From the IMG/VR virus record IMGVR_UViG_3300021400_004415: a stretch of 64,000 nucleotides of DNA. One strand, written 5' to 3'. The position numbers were made by a program, and so were the translations under genes. The stretch's first letter is position 1, and every line of letters starts with the position of its first letter. Source of the DNA: an uncultured virus (IMG/VR IMGVR_UViG_3300021400_004415) (taxonomy: Duplodnaviria; Heunggongvirae; Uroviricota; Caudoviricetes). The notes under the pieces were generated by a model. It saw only the letters and a list, made by a program, of their open reading frames with translations, was not told the origin of the DNA and searched no databases. Positions 10,528 to 19,530 of the stretch are shown here, piece after piece.

Positions 10528-12648
10528 ATTTAAGATTCTTGCGAATCTTAAAAATGATTCATAGTAATCCGAAGCTGGTATTCCGATAAGTTCTTCTATT
10601 GACAATTCCTTTATATCCGCTGTTGTTATTGCTTGGTTTATGGAACGGAAGTTAGTTGAAAAGATTGTTTTATATTGCATTTCTCTTCCGTTAGCGGTAT
10701 ATTTATCCTGTGTATAGAAACCAGCACAATTGAAACAGCATCTATTATTTAATACAATAGTTTCCTTTAGAGGTTGACTATCTATTTTTATTAATAATTG
10801 TGCCGGGTATTGTTTAGAGGGTTTACTTCCTGATGTAATAGCCCATTCGGTATTTCCGTAAAGAGAATCGTATGCAAATAAGAATAATTTATCTCTTTCT
10901 TCTTCCAAGAGTTTTAATGCATTTTCGCATTCATCAGAGTCTCTGTATGAATTTGGTTTAAAATAAAACTTTTCTCTTGAATCTACCATATATTCCAGAA
11001 AATATATATCGAAGTATTCTATATATTCCCCAATAATGGTTTTTTGACAGAATTGTTCATATGTCTGTTTAAATAGTCGTTCCCACGTTCCGTTATTAAA
11101 ATCTACATCTATGTAAGATAATCCGGTGAAGACAATGGATGGAACCATTTCTTTTTGAGATGCAAATATCCACGGCATTTCTTCTGTATTAATTGTTTTT
11201 GTGTGCTGGTGCACAAGTGTCATTTTTTTATGATGTGACCAGTCGGTAGTTACTCTTGTATCGGCAACTTCCGGAGAGTGTTCAAAGAACGGGTCGCATT
11301 TACCTGCCACTCCGTATTGGTAGCGATATGCATAGTACACTAGTTCCGGACTCACTTCATATTCACAATGTTCGAAATACTGTGTACATCCGGTCACGTC
11401 GAAGGTCTTGAGGTTCTTGTTACCCTTAAGGTCCAGCCAGTAGAGCAGTGGGAGTTCCTTCAGGATGGTGGCATCTACGATGTCGTTGTTCTGGAGGTCC
11501 ACCTTCCAAGCGTTCTTAAAGTACTCCAGTCCCTTGAGGTCTTTGATGCCAGCGCCAGTTGCAATCACCTCCTTGACGGACAAGGCTTCATCGAAGGATA
11601 CTTCACCGTCATGGTCTGTGTCACAGAGCGCTTTCATGGCATTCTTGAAGTTCATGTCGTCGAATACGATGCAGTCTTCCCTGAGAGGCACGGCAGGCAG
11701 GCTCTCCTGCGTTATCTTCACTGCGATGGGGGAGAACACCCTCTTACTTTCGAAGATTGAAATTCGGCCCTTTTTAGGCGCTTCTGTGCGGTTCTCAGAT
11801 GTCGTTGTGACAATGCCGTCGGCAAACGTGAAGAAATCGCCCTCGGTCTCATACTCCAGTACATAATCCGGGATATCGGTATCGACCCTGAAGGAAAGGG
11901 GTGCCGTTGCGCCTTCCTCGCCTCCGAGGGTGATGTCTTCCACCGTGATGTCGAAGTGGTATGTCTTTGCGGTGATGGTATACGTGGTGGAGTTCTCCCC
12001 TCCGTCAGTGACGAAGATGTACGCAACTTCCTTGGCTCCAGGAAGGCTGCTCAGGGAGAACCGGATGACGCCGGTATGGGATTCTTCATCGTATTCCATT
12101 TCCGGTTTAAACCCTTCCGTTTCTTCGCCCACGTTGAAGGAGATGTTTCCGTGACCGAGCTTCGTCACCTTGAAGGGCACTTCGATGGGTTCGGACATGT
12201 AACCGATGAAGGACAGTTCGGTGTCGATATCCAGCGACACTTCCTTCTGGTATTCGAGCCTTGCGGTGACATCATCCTGGAAGACTATCTCGACGGCCGT
12301 AGTGGAGACGTTCACCTTCTTGACGTAATCGTTTTCGATCGTGACGGTTTCATACGCGGTATCGGCGAAAGTGTACGGCTCTGCAAAGAGGACGGTGACG
12401 CCCTCTGCGGCTTCATCTATTCCGTTCACCTCTACCTTATCCTCCGAGGCGGAGAGAAGGATGGTCTCTTCAAGAGGGCGCTGGTACTCCGGTTTCGGAT
12501 CGGGTTTCTTCTGCTCGTTTGAACCTGTATTGGCAGGGATCACGGGCTCCGGCTGTTCTTTCCTCGTACAGGAGGAATAGAAGGGCATAAGGAGAGCCAT
12601 GATAAAGGTGAAGAGGAGAAGGTGTTTTGCTGTGAGCTGCTTATACAT
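10525..12648 (-). CDS. Surface lipoprotein with internalin-like leucine-rich repeats and a degenerate peptidase M64-like C-terminus
   Basis: Lipobox SSC; 'FDDMNFKNAMKALCDTDHDGEVSFDEA..IKDLKGLEYFKN..VDLQNNDI' LRR cap and repeats; 'SIVFTGLSYIDVDFNNGTW..EYIEYFDIY' resembles the M64 N-terminus. Confidence 0.65.
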   Translation of the reverse strand: MYKQLTAKHLLLFTFIMALLMPFYSSCTRKEQPEPVIPANTGSNEQKKPDPKPEYQRPLEETILLSASEDKVEVNGIDEAAEGVTVLFAEPYTFADTAYETVTIENDYVKKVNVSTTAVEIVFQDDVTARLEYQKEVSLDIDTELSFIGYMSEPIEVPFKVTKLGHGNISFNVGEETEGFKPEMEYDEESHTGVIRFSLSSLPGAKEVAYIFVTDGGENSTTYTITAKTYHFDITVEDITLGGEEGATAPLSFRVDTDIPDYVLEYETEGDFFTFADGIVTTTSENRTEAPKKGRISIFESKRVFSPIAVKITQESLPAVPLREDCIVFDDMNFKNAMKALCDTDHDGEVSFDEALSVKEVIATGAGIKDLKGLEYFKNAWKVDLQNNDIVDATILKELPLLYWLDLKGNKNLKTFDVTGCTQYFEHCEYEVSPELVYYAYRYQYGVAGKCDPFFEHSPEVADTRVTTDWSHHKKMTLVHQHTKTINTEEMPWIFASQKEMVPSIVFTGLSYIDVDFNNGTWERLFKQTYEQFCQKTIIGEYIEYFDIYFLEYMVDSREKFYFKPNSYRDSDECENALKLLEEERDKLFLFAYDSLYGNTEWAITSGSKPSKQYPAQLLIKIDSQPLKETIVLNNRCCFNCAGFYTQDKYTANGREMQYKTIFSTNFRSINQAITTADIKELSIEELIGIPASDYYESFLRFARILN

Positions 12649-12910
12649 AGTCGTAGGTTGTTATTCTGTTACCAGTGTTATCGTTGTTAGCGCTGGTAAA
12701 GATAGTTAATTTTTGTGATACTGACGTGACGGGGCTGTTTTATCTGGGGTTGTCACACCAGACGAATTCTACACAGGCCCAAATGAATCTGATGGGGAAG
12801 ATGAAAATCTTCCATGCGAGCTTGATAAGGTAAAATAGGAAAAGCATAGTATCAAAAGTTTTAAAATTATTCTTTATACGCCCGGCTTTCTGCCTGAGGC
12901 TTTCCTTTCA

Positions 12911-13290
12911 GGTGCAGAAAGCGCATACACTCATTGGCGCAAATGCGGGCGGAAGAAAGTGCTTGGGGAGCGAAGCATCCCGAGCAGCTTTGTTCACGCC
13001 CGTGGGAGGGGAAATTAGTGCGGCGACCTTAAGGCGTCGCAACGTACATTTGCGCCGTGCCGTTTGATACGGCACGAGAAGCCGCCAGGGGGACCATGGC
13101 GGCGGGAGGGGATGCGCAACTTTGCACCGTAGAAAGGGAGCCGGGGCAGACAGCTGGGAGGACGGGTGTGTTAGCCCGTGCCGTAAGGCCGGAGGGAGGA
13201 TAGGTTTCCGACGGAAAAGGGGGCGTGCTGTCGCCAGCCGCCCCCTTGACGCGGGATGAAAAACACAACAGAATTTTTGTGTTGATGTAA
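12911..13290. other. GC-rich multi-hairpin non-coding element (copy 1); candidate ssDNA promoter/ssi or structured RNA
   Basis: ggcgcaaatg 12936-12945 pairs with catttgcgcc 13047-13056; cgtgccgt/acggcacg 13056-13076; aagggggcg 13217-13225 pairs with cgccccctt 13239-13247; further hairpins. Confidence 0.55.
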
Positions 13291-13332
13291 TTTTTTTACT
13301 ACTTTTGATGCATATAGCAAGTAAAGGGATAT

Positions 13333-14430
13333 ATGGCATTACGAATTTTTTCATTCTTTTCCGGTTCCGGGTTCCTTGACCTGGGGTTCGAGAAGAATAA
13401 TTTCCGGGTGGATCTCGTCAACGAGTTTTCGCCAGCCTTCCAAGGTGCATACCGTTATGCCCGGAAACGGATGGGAATACCGGAGCCCCGTTTCGGTTAT
13501 TCCCGTGATGTGAATTCGTATCTTACCAGCGAGGGGAAGAAAGAGCTTGCCGGATATGTCGATACCGTTCACCGGGAAGGAGATTTGGTCGGTTTCATCG
13601 GCGGCCCTCCGTGCCCTGATTTCTCCGTGGCGGGGAAACAGAGGGGGAGGGACGGCGACAACGGGAAACTGTCACAGTCCTATGTGGATGTGATTCTCTC
13701 GCAGAAGCCGGACTTCTTCTTGTTTGAGAATGTGAAGGGCCTCTGGAGGACGGCGAAGCATCGTGCTTATTACAACGAACTGAAGGAGTCGCTGGCGCAG
13801 CATTATCTTCTGACCGACCGTCTCTGTAACGCCCTTGAGTTCGGCGCCCCGCAGGATCGTGACAGGATTTTGCTTTTCGGGGTCCGGAAGAGCGTCGCCC
13901 GTCAGCTTCATCTTGACATCGACAGTTTCGACTGGAAGAGTCATACCCTTTACGACCTGAACGACGTGAAGGGGCGTCCGTGGCCTTCCGCTGAGGAGTT
14001 CGGTGTCGGGAGCGACCGCCCGGCTCCGACGGGTATCCCGGAGGAGTTGACGGTACAGCATTGGTTCGAGCGGAACGACGTGCAGCACCTCCCCAATGCG
14101 GAGGATTTTTTCACTCCGAAGGCTGGCCTTGCGCGGATGGAGACGGTTCAGGAAGGGGACGACTCAAGGAAGAGTTACAAGCGCCTTCATCGTTGGCGCT
14201 ACTCGCCGACCGTAGCCTATGGTAATAACGAGGTGCATCTGCATCCGTATCTTGCAAGGAGACTGTCAGTGGCGGAGGCTCTTGCCCTGCAGTCGTTGCC
14301 GGCGGAGTTCGTCCTTCCTCCGGATATGTCGCTTTCCGATAAGTTCAAGACCGTCGGGAACGGCGTCCCGTTCTTGCTTGCCAGCGGCATAGCCCGGACC
14401 ATAAAGGATTTCTTTAACGTGGAGCAATGA
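13333..14430 (+). CDS. dcm: DNA (cytosine-5) methyltransferase of a type II R-M system
   Basis: Motif I FSGSG, motif IV GGPPCPDFS, motif VI ENVKG, motif VIII QDRDR, motif X GNGVP. Confidence 0.95.
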   Translation: MALRIFSFFSGSGFLDLGFEKNNFRVDLVNEFSPAFQGAYRYARKRMGIPEPRFGYSRDVNSYLTSEGKKELAGYVDTVHREGDLVGFIGGPPCPDFSVAGKQRGRDGDNGKLSQSYVDVILSQKPDFFLFENVKGLWRTAKHRAYYNELKESLAQHYLLTDRLCNALEFGAPQDRDRILLFGVRKSVARQLHLDIDSFDWKSHTLYDLNDVKGRPWPSAEEFGVGSDRPAPTGIPEELTVQHWFERNDVQHLPNAEDFFTPKAGLARMETVQEGDDSRKSYKRLHRWRYSPTVAYGNNEVHLHPYLARRLSVAEALALQSLPAEFVLPPDMSLSDKFKTVGNGVPFLLASGIARTIKDFFNVEQ

Positions 14431-15509
14431 GAATTACAGCGCACAATCTTGTGAAAGCCATTTCCTGCCTTTCCAGGAACAGGGAATACAACTACGTCAA
14501 TAGCAAGACGCCGGGCCGTATCCGTATCATCGATGTGACGGAGCCGGATGGGCCGATTGTCATAAGGAGATGGAACCCTAATAAGGGCGAGAGCTTCCAT
14601 ACGGCGAAGAACGAGACCATATCCTCTGAGATGCTCTGGCGGCTTGCCAACGCCATTTCCGAGAACGAGCCGATAAACGTTGACCGTCTCTTCGCGGGTT
14701 CATATAACACGCGGTCTGTCCTTGAGTCCCTTGTGGCCCATACGCCGGAGTTCTATTTCTGCTATCCGGGCCGTATAATGGATAAGGGCGGACAGACCTC
14801 GATAGAGCACGGGCACAAGCATCTTATCTGGACTCCGGACAATCCTCATGAGAACGGGGTGCTTTCCGAAAAGGAAGTGCAGAATATGGCTATTTCCGAG
14901 ATTCCTTCAAAGCAGGTTGTTTATGATGATATCCTCGTGCCGGAGTCGCTGACGACGAACGGACCTCTGGATATCGAGGTGGTGCGCCGTCATACGCAGA
15001 TCCAGATTGCCCTTTACATTATCGGCTTGCAGCTTGGATACCGCACATGGATTGCGCAGAACGACATGGGCATCCAGTATAAGGGCCAGCCTCTCGTGAA
15101 TCAGCCGAATATCATATCCTCCCTGACGGATGACGAGAATGTCGTTTCCCGTTTCCGTGCGGAGTCGGAGGCCAAGCTTATTGATTGCATCTGGTTCCAG
15201 AACGGGCGCTTCATGCCTGCTGTGATGGAGGTGGAGCACACTACAGGGGTTACGTCAGGTCTGACGCGGATGAAGGGGCTTTATGACATGTTGCCGGATT
15301 TCCGGACGAGGTATGTTATCGTCGCTCCGGATGATGACAGGGATATGGTTGTCGAGAAGATCAACCGTCCGCAGTTCCACTGCCTTGATGCCCGGTACTT
15401 CGCTTATTCTGCTGTCGAGGAGCTTTATTATATCTGTACGCACAGGAACCTTCATGGTGTTACGCAGGAGTTCCTGGACTGTTATATGGAGAAAGTTTTG
15501 TATACCTGA
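14427..15509 (+). CDS. Probable type II restriction endonuclease
   Basis: ATGA overlap with the C5-MTase; PD-(D/E)xK-like 'IDCIWF..MEVEHTTGVTSGLTRM'. Confidence 0.75.
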   Translation: MRITAHNLVKAISCLSRNREYNYVNSKTPGRIRIIDVTEPDGPIVIRRWNPNKGESFHTAKNETISSEMLWRLANAISENEPINVDRLFAGSYNTRSVLESLVAHTPEFYFCYPGRIMDKGGQTSIEHGHKHLIWTPDNPHENGVLSEKEVQNMAISEIPSKQVVYDDILVPESLTTNGPLDIEVVRRHTQIQIALYIIGLQLGYRTWIAQNDMGIQYKGQPLVNQPNIISSLTDDENVVSRFRAESEAKLIDCIWFQNGRFMPAVMEVEHTTGVTSGLTRMKGLYDMLPDFRTRYVIVAPDDDRDMVVEKINRPQFHCLDARYFAYSAVEELYYICTHRNLHGVTQEFLDCYMEKVLYT

Positions 15510-15530
15510 GTTTTGTTTGTTTACGACGAA

Positions 15531-15566
15531 AAAGGGGGCTGACGGGATATCCTGTCAGCCCCCTTT
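15531..15566. terminator. Terminator after the R-M operon (possibly bidirectional)
   Basis: aaagggggctgacggga-ta-tcctgtcagcccccttt. Confidence 0.8.
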
Positions 15567-15580
15567 AAGGATTTATATAC

Positions 15581-15634
15581 AAAACAATCTTGGAAGATTG
15601 AAATTCTTTTAAAAAACAATCTTAGAAGATTGAA
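15581..15634. repeat. Two direct copies of a 22-bp palindromic box
   Basis: aaaacaatcttGgaagattgaa (15581-15602) and aaaacaatcttAgaagattgaa (15613-15634); each contains caatctt-NN-aagattg. Confidence 0.85.
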
Positions 15635-15697
15635 CGAAAGGGAAGTTAGCTTCCAGATGAGAACTTACTTCCCTATACTAACTTTCCATTTGACTAT

Positions 15698-16504
15698 TTA
15701 TTTGCCTTGCTTATGATTTTTTTGTTGTTTGGATGCTTCTGCTTTTTTGAATTTTTGATAATTCTGTCGAACTAAATTTTGGCTGTCTGTCAGTGTATGG
15801 ATTTGAAAGTTCTTGAGAATTTTATCTTTGACATCTGTTTTTGACAGTTCTTCCTGCATTTTAGTCTTTATAAAATCCCTAATATCTTTGTTGTCTATAT
15901 CATAAATGGGGTTCATGAGTAGGAAGTTTTCGTCACGCTGATATAAGGATGGAGACATCAGTCGGTTGAGAATGTCCTTTGAATGAATTGTATGTTTGGA
16001 AAAGTCACAAGCGTATTTAATACCGTCATGGAGGTTGTATCCTTCTTTCAGTAAGGAGTATATGTCATAGTAATCCCTGAAGGCTATTCTTTGTGTTATG
16101 ACATAGAGTTTCATTCCCAGTAATTCTTGGAGAGAAGGTGTTTCAATGTTGTTATGTTTCCAAGATGGGGTATATGATGGTACGTTATTCTCTGGACGGA
16201 AGAAAGACAGTTTTACATTCCCTGGTAACATCATTTGGAAATGGTCGTCTCCCATCGGTTCAAATGTGGCGCCTGGAAATTTTTCTTGAATTTCTTTTAC
16301 AATTTGCGCAGATTGTAGTTGCGGACGGTCTTTTCTGGTTCCGATAACTTCGAAATCAAGATCTTCGCTCATTCTGTGTTGTTGTTGAAGAGCTTGTGCG
16401 GTTCCTCCGCATAGAACGAGGGTTTTTATACATTCGAGTTTTGAAACTTCTTCAAACAGGATATATGTGTTTGGAGTGAGCGCTTTTTCAAGAATGTTTT
16501 CCAT
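15698..16504 (-). CDS. abiEii: AbiEii/AbiGii-family nucleotidyltransferase toxin
   Basis: 'LCGGTAQALQQQHRMSEDLDF', 'MKLYVITQR..RDYYDIY'. Confidence 0.9.
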   Translation of the reverse strand: MENILEKALTPNTYILFEEVSKLECIKTLVLCGGTAQALQQQHRMSEDLDFEVIGTRKDRPQLQSAQIVKEIQEKFPGATFEPMGDDHFQMMLPGNVKLSFFRPENNVPSYTPSWKHNNIETPSLQELLGMKLYVITQRIAFRDYYDIYSLLKEGYNLHDGIKYACDFSKHTIHSKDILNRLMSPSLYQRDENFLLMNPIYDIDNKDIRDFIKTKMQEELSKTDVKDKILKNFQIHTLTDSQNLVRQNYQKFKKAEASKQQKNHKQGK

Positions 16505-16793
16505 AACGTTTGAGATAAGAGTCCGGGTTTTTTATATTGAAAAAGTAAAGGGCGAGCAACCAGTTTATTGTGGAATAATATTTCCCCTGAGGAACGAGGT
16601 TTTCACGCCAGTATTTTTTCAACTTTTTCATTCCATACAGTTCAAACAGGATATGCATATCTTCAAACTCAAGATACAGAAGTCCTTTTTCCATCAGGGT
16701 TTCGTCTGATGGAAAAGACTCACTGTTGTTGTAGGACCAAAATGCGCCCTTTTGATTCAGGAGTTTAATGATATGGTTTTTTATATTATCCAT
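16488..16793 (-). CDS. Probable cognate antitoxin of the AbiEii toxin
   Basis: Small gene overlapping the toxin start; 'AFWSY..DETLMEKGL'; ATG at 16793 lies just downstream of TATATTTG (16799-16806), so possibly leaderless. Confidence 0.7.
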   Translation of the reverse strand: MDNIKNHIIKLLNQKGAFWSYNNSESFPSDETLMEKGLLYLEFEDMHILFELYGMKKLKKYWRENLVPQGKYYSTINWLLALYFFNIKNPDSYLKRYGKHS

Positions 16794-16943
16794 TTGTGCA
16801 AATATAATAAAAACTGTCGATAGGGAAAAGGGTATTAGTATCGAGTGGTGCTGTTTATTATAGTCGTTTTTCAAAGGGCGCTATAAACATTTCTACGTAT
16901 AGTAGATATTCCTCATTCTTTTTGTCCGTTTTTCCAAGGATAG

Positions 16944-17363
16944 TTATAATTTCTTTAAATGTCGAATTTTAATTTCTTTTGTATTAAAATAGGAAGTTAT
17001 TGTTATTTCCTTATTTGATATTCGGTTTACAGTGGCATTAATATAGTCTTTATCTGTTCCGTATTTATATTGAAGTGTGTTTGTTGCATCGTTGTAAATA
17101 TATATTCCGGGAGAATATATTCCGGGAGATATTTGATTTGGCTCTGCTGTTTTAATGAAATATCCGTCTGGTTCGAATTTGATTCGATAATAGTTTGTAG
17201 AAACCTCTTGGTATCTTTCTACTATGCCATAAGAACTTACATTTATTATCGATACGATGTTCCATTCTCCAATTAAAGAGAATTGTTCCGGGTCGTTTTT
17301 TGTACATCCTGTTGTAGCAAAGCAAAGGACAGCAGTAATCAGAATTAAAAGAATTCTTTTCAT
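16944..17363 (-). CDS. Lipocalin-like lipoprotein
   Basis: Lipobox TGC; 'LIGEWNIV' GxW motif; in-frame 15-bp tandem duplication at 17100-17129. Confidence 0.6.
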   Translation of the reverse strand: MKRILLILITAVLCFATTGCTKNDPEQFSLIGEWNIVSIINVSSYGIVERYQEVSTNYYRIKFEPDGYFIKTAEPNQISPGIYSPGIYIYNDATNTLQYKYGTDKDYINATVNRISNKEITITSYFNTKEIKIRHLKKL

Positions 17364-17387
17364 AAGTCTTTTTTTGTAACAGAAACT

Positions 17388-17411
17388 TGCCCGCAACGTC
17401 TGTTGCGGGCA
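17388..17411 (-). terminator. Terminator-like hairpin after the OMP gene
   Basis: tgcccgcaac-gtct-gttgcgggca. Confidence 0.6.
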
Positions 17412-17424
17412 TTGTCTCAGTTAA

Positions 17425-18021
17425 TTAGAATTTGTATGCTATACCGGCTCCGGCGTAAACGAATATGAAGTATCCGGCGGATTCATGCCAGTTCCTTTCG
17501 CGTGACAGGACGGCGTTCAGGTCAAGCACGGCGTCCAGTTTATCGGAGAGTTTGAAGGTGTTCCTGAGGCCCGCTCCGGCGACGAAGGCGGCAACGCTCT
17601 TTTCCTTGGCAATGCCGAACATCTCTTGGAACCTGAGGTAGGGCTGTATATGGTAGAAGTCCTTGACGTTATCTTCGTCGATGGTATTGATGATATCCCA
17701 GGCGATGTCGAAAGCTACTCCGGCGCGGAAGAAAGTGTTTTCCGTGAACCAGCCGTCGTTCAGCATGAGCGGCTTGGCCGAACCGAGCTGTACGGAGCCT
17801 CTGATGAGTACCTGCGGGAGGAACTGATAGCCGATGGCGATCTGGCCTCCGGGAGTGAAGCTGGTGAGTTTCTTGGCATCGTAGACAGCATTGGCGCCGA
17901 CAACGCCTTCAACAAAGAGTGGAGAATAGCCGTAAGCCTTTGCTACGTTGACATGCTGGGCGTTTGAGATGGATGCGGCTGCAATGAGCGCAATGAGTGT
18001 GAGTGTGATTTTTTTGAACAT
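17425..18021 (-). CDS. Small outer-membrane beta-barrel protein (OmpA-like barrel)
   Basis: Sec signal peptide, amphipathic strands, C-terminal 'AGAGIAYKF' beta-signal. Confidence 0.75.
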   Translation of the reverse strand: MFKKITLTLIALIAAASISNAQHVNVAKAYGYSPLFVEGVVGANAVYDAKKLTSFTPGGQIAIGYQFLPQVLIRGSVQLGSAKPLMLNDGWFTENTFFRAGVAFDIAWDIINTIDEDNVKDFYHIQPYLRFQEMFGIAKEKSVAAFVAGAGLRNTFKLSDKLDAVLDLNAVLSRERNWHESAGYFIFVYAGAGIAYKF

Positions 18022-18082
18022 AATTATTAATAATTAAGGTTGTTTGATTATCTTAAATAGTTTTGGTTCGTTCTTGTGTTTC

Positions 18083-18478
18083 TCAAAGTTTGATTTCTTT
18101 TTCAATCCTACAAAGACGGAGGGCAAGTTGAAGCTCGTGGATATAGTTCAACTGAATGTTGTTTATTCCGTGCAGGCACCATTTCTTAGTTATGCGGTCG
18201 TACCACATTATGATATCTCTCCACTTTGTCTTGCATTCATGCTTCTCGTATCGGTTGATGTTCTTTCTCGGCGTAGCAATCCCATTATCACCAACTTCTG
18301 TTAGTATAAAACCGTTTCTTTTCAGGATTTCCGTGGTGATAGGAATCTCGGAAATGTCAGTTGGCGCACCTTTTTCTTCGCACTCTGCAATAGATGCAAT
18401 GTCTCTGGCGGTGCACTTGTAGGGATGCCCACGGAAAGCATACCAGTCGCCGATCATCAGTTCTTTACTTGTAATCAT
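18083..18478 (-). CDS. Phage-type hypothetical protein
   Basis: 'ELMIGDW..IPITTEILKRNGF..YIHELQLAL'; shares its C-terminal domain with 19015..19530. Confidence 0.7.
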   Translation of the reverse strand: MITSKELMIGDWYAFRGHPYKCTARDIASIAECEEKGAPTDISEIPITTEILKRNGFILTEVGDNGIATPRKNINRYEKHECKTKWRDIIMWYDRITKKWCLHGINNIQLNYIHELQLALRLCRIEKEIKL

Positions 18479-18490
18479 CTTCTTTATCTT

Positions 18491-18796
18491 TTAAGCTTCT
18501 TCTTTATAGTAGTTCCCGAAATCCACGCCTCTTCTGCTTGTGAATTCGTGTCCACATGTAAGGCAGGTGCATTCAATGCGAATAATATCGCCATATTCGT
18601 TGTTATCTTCACTATGTATCCAAACACCATTACGTACAACGTGTGAGCTTTCAGCTTCGATTACTTCAACAACTCTAATCTCCTTCTCTTTACATTTCGG
18701 ACAGGATAACGATTTTTCTGACAATCGGCGTTCTTTCTCGCGTTTTGTAAGTATGTCACGTTCTGCCATAGATTGAAATATTGCTACTGTGTTCAT
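18491..18796 (-). CDS. Zinc-ribbon hypothetical protein
   Basis: CPKC..CLTCGH; tight operon packing. Confidence 0.65.
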   Translation of the reverse strand: MNTVAIFQSMAERDILTKREKERRLSEKSLSCPKCKEKEIRVVEVIEAESSHVVRNGVWIHSEDNNEYGDIIRIECTCLTCGHEFTSRRGVDFGNYYKEEA

Positions 18797-18868
18797 TCTT
18801 TCTCTTTTAGGCTTTCGCCGGGTTATATTCTTGATTTGGGGTGATGATATCAGACATGCCTGTTTGTG

Positions 18869-19009
18869 TTATTTTGTCTTTTCGATTTTCCTCATCTTCA
18901 GGTAATTCTTAATCACTCTATTGAAATGAGCAAGTGAGCGGAGATCCTGGACGGTTGTCCCGGAAGGCAGTTCGGTAAGTCCTTTTTGTCCGTATAAGTG
19001 GAATTTCAT
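18869..19009 (-). CDS. Small hypothetical protein (46 aa, not in ORF track)
   Basis: MKFHLYGQKGLTELPSGTTVQDLRSLAHFNRVIKNYLKMRKIEKTK; starts 5 nt after the upstream stop. Confidence 0.5.
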   Translation of the reverse strand: MKFHLYGQKGLTELPSGTTVQDLRSLAHFNRVIKNYLKMRKIEKTK

Positions 19010-19014
19010 ATTAC

Positions 19015-19530
19015 TTAGAGTTTTATTTGCTCTTTTATTCCGCATAGCTCGAACAGCATTTGCAGTTCGTAGACATATTGAATGGCTATTGTCATTCCTA
19101 CGGTGGGAAGCACGAAAGCGTTGCTTATTTTAAAGAGTTTCAGGACAGTGTCATACAAGTCGTCCTGTAGGGACCAGCTGAGGGCGTTGCCGTTATCGGG
19201 TTTAAATCCGTTCTTTTCGAGTATGTCTTCCGTAAGGAGGATATGCGGCTTTTTCATCTGTTCGTCCCGCCATTCGGCTCCTGCCTTAACGAGCTCAACG
19301 AGCTCTCCCATTGTCAAGCGGTCTCCCAGAACGGTGCTGTCTTCCATTGAGGGATGTAGTTGTATGACAATCTTCTTTGCTGCAGCGTCAATGTTGGATG
19401 GCAGGGAAGGCCGGGAAAGTAGTTCTACGGCTTTCAGCATTGCCTCCCTGCATCCTTCGAGGTTTTGAATTCCGCTCCCATTATAGTTTGCGTAGCGGTC
19501 AAGCAACGCGATACATTCTTCTTTTGTCAT
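19015..19530 (-). CDS. Phage-type hypothetical protein
   Basis: 'LLTEDILEKNGF..YVYELQ..IKL', paralogous to 18083..18478; start overlaps upstream stop. Confidence 0.7.
   Translation of the reverse strand: MTKEECIALLDRYANYNGSGIQNLEGCREAMLKAVELLSRPSLPSNIDAAAKKIVIQLHPSMEDSTVLGDRLTMGELVELVKAGAEWRDEQMKKPHILLTEDILEKNGFKPDNGNALSWSLQDDLYDTVLKLFKISNAFVLPTVGMTIAIQYVYELQMLFELCGIKEQIKL

Noticed and set aside
1..12648. Diversity-generating retroelement or shufflon acting on the pilins
   Set aside because: No reverse transcriptase, template/variable repeat pair, adjacent invertase or repeated crossover sites seen in the window
12908..13354. 148-aa minus-strand ORF (and 13029..13268)
   Set aside because: Pro/Arg-rich, overlaps the methyltransferase start and coincides with the GC-rich hairpin element; probably spurious
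15548..15555. RP4-like nick motif TATCCTGT as oriT
   Set aside because: Lies within a terminator hairpin, is short enough to be chance, and no relaxase is in the window
15581..15634. Mini CRISPR array
   Set aside because: Only two 22-bp copies with a 10-bp gap, and no cas genes
17100..17129. 15-bp tandem duplication as a phase-variation tract
   Set aside because: Only two in-frame copies; more likely a simple slippage event
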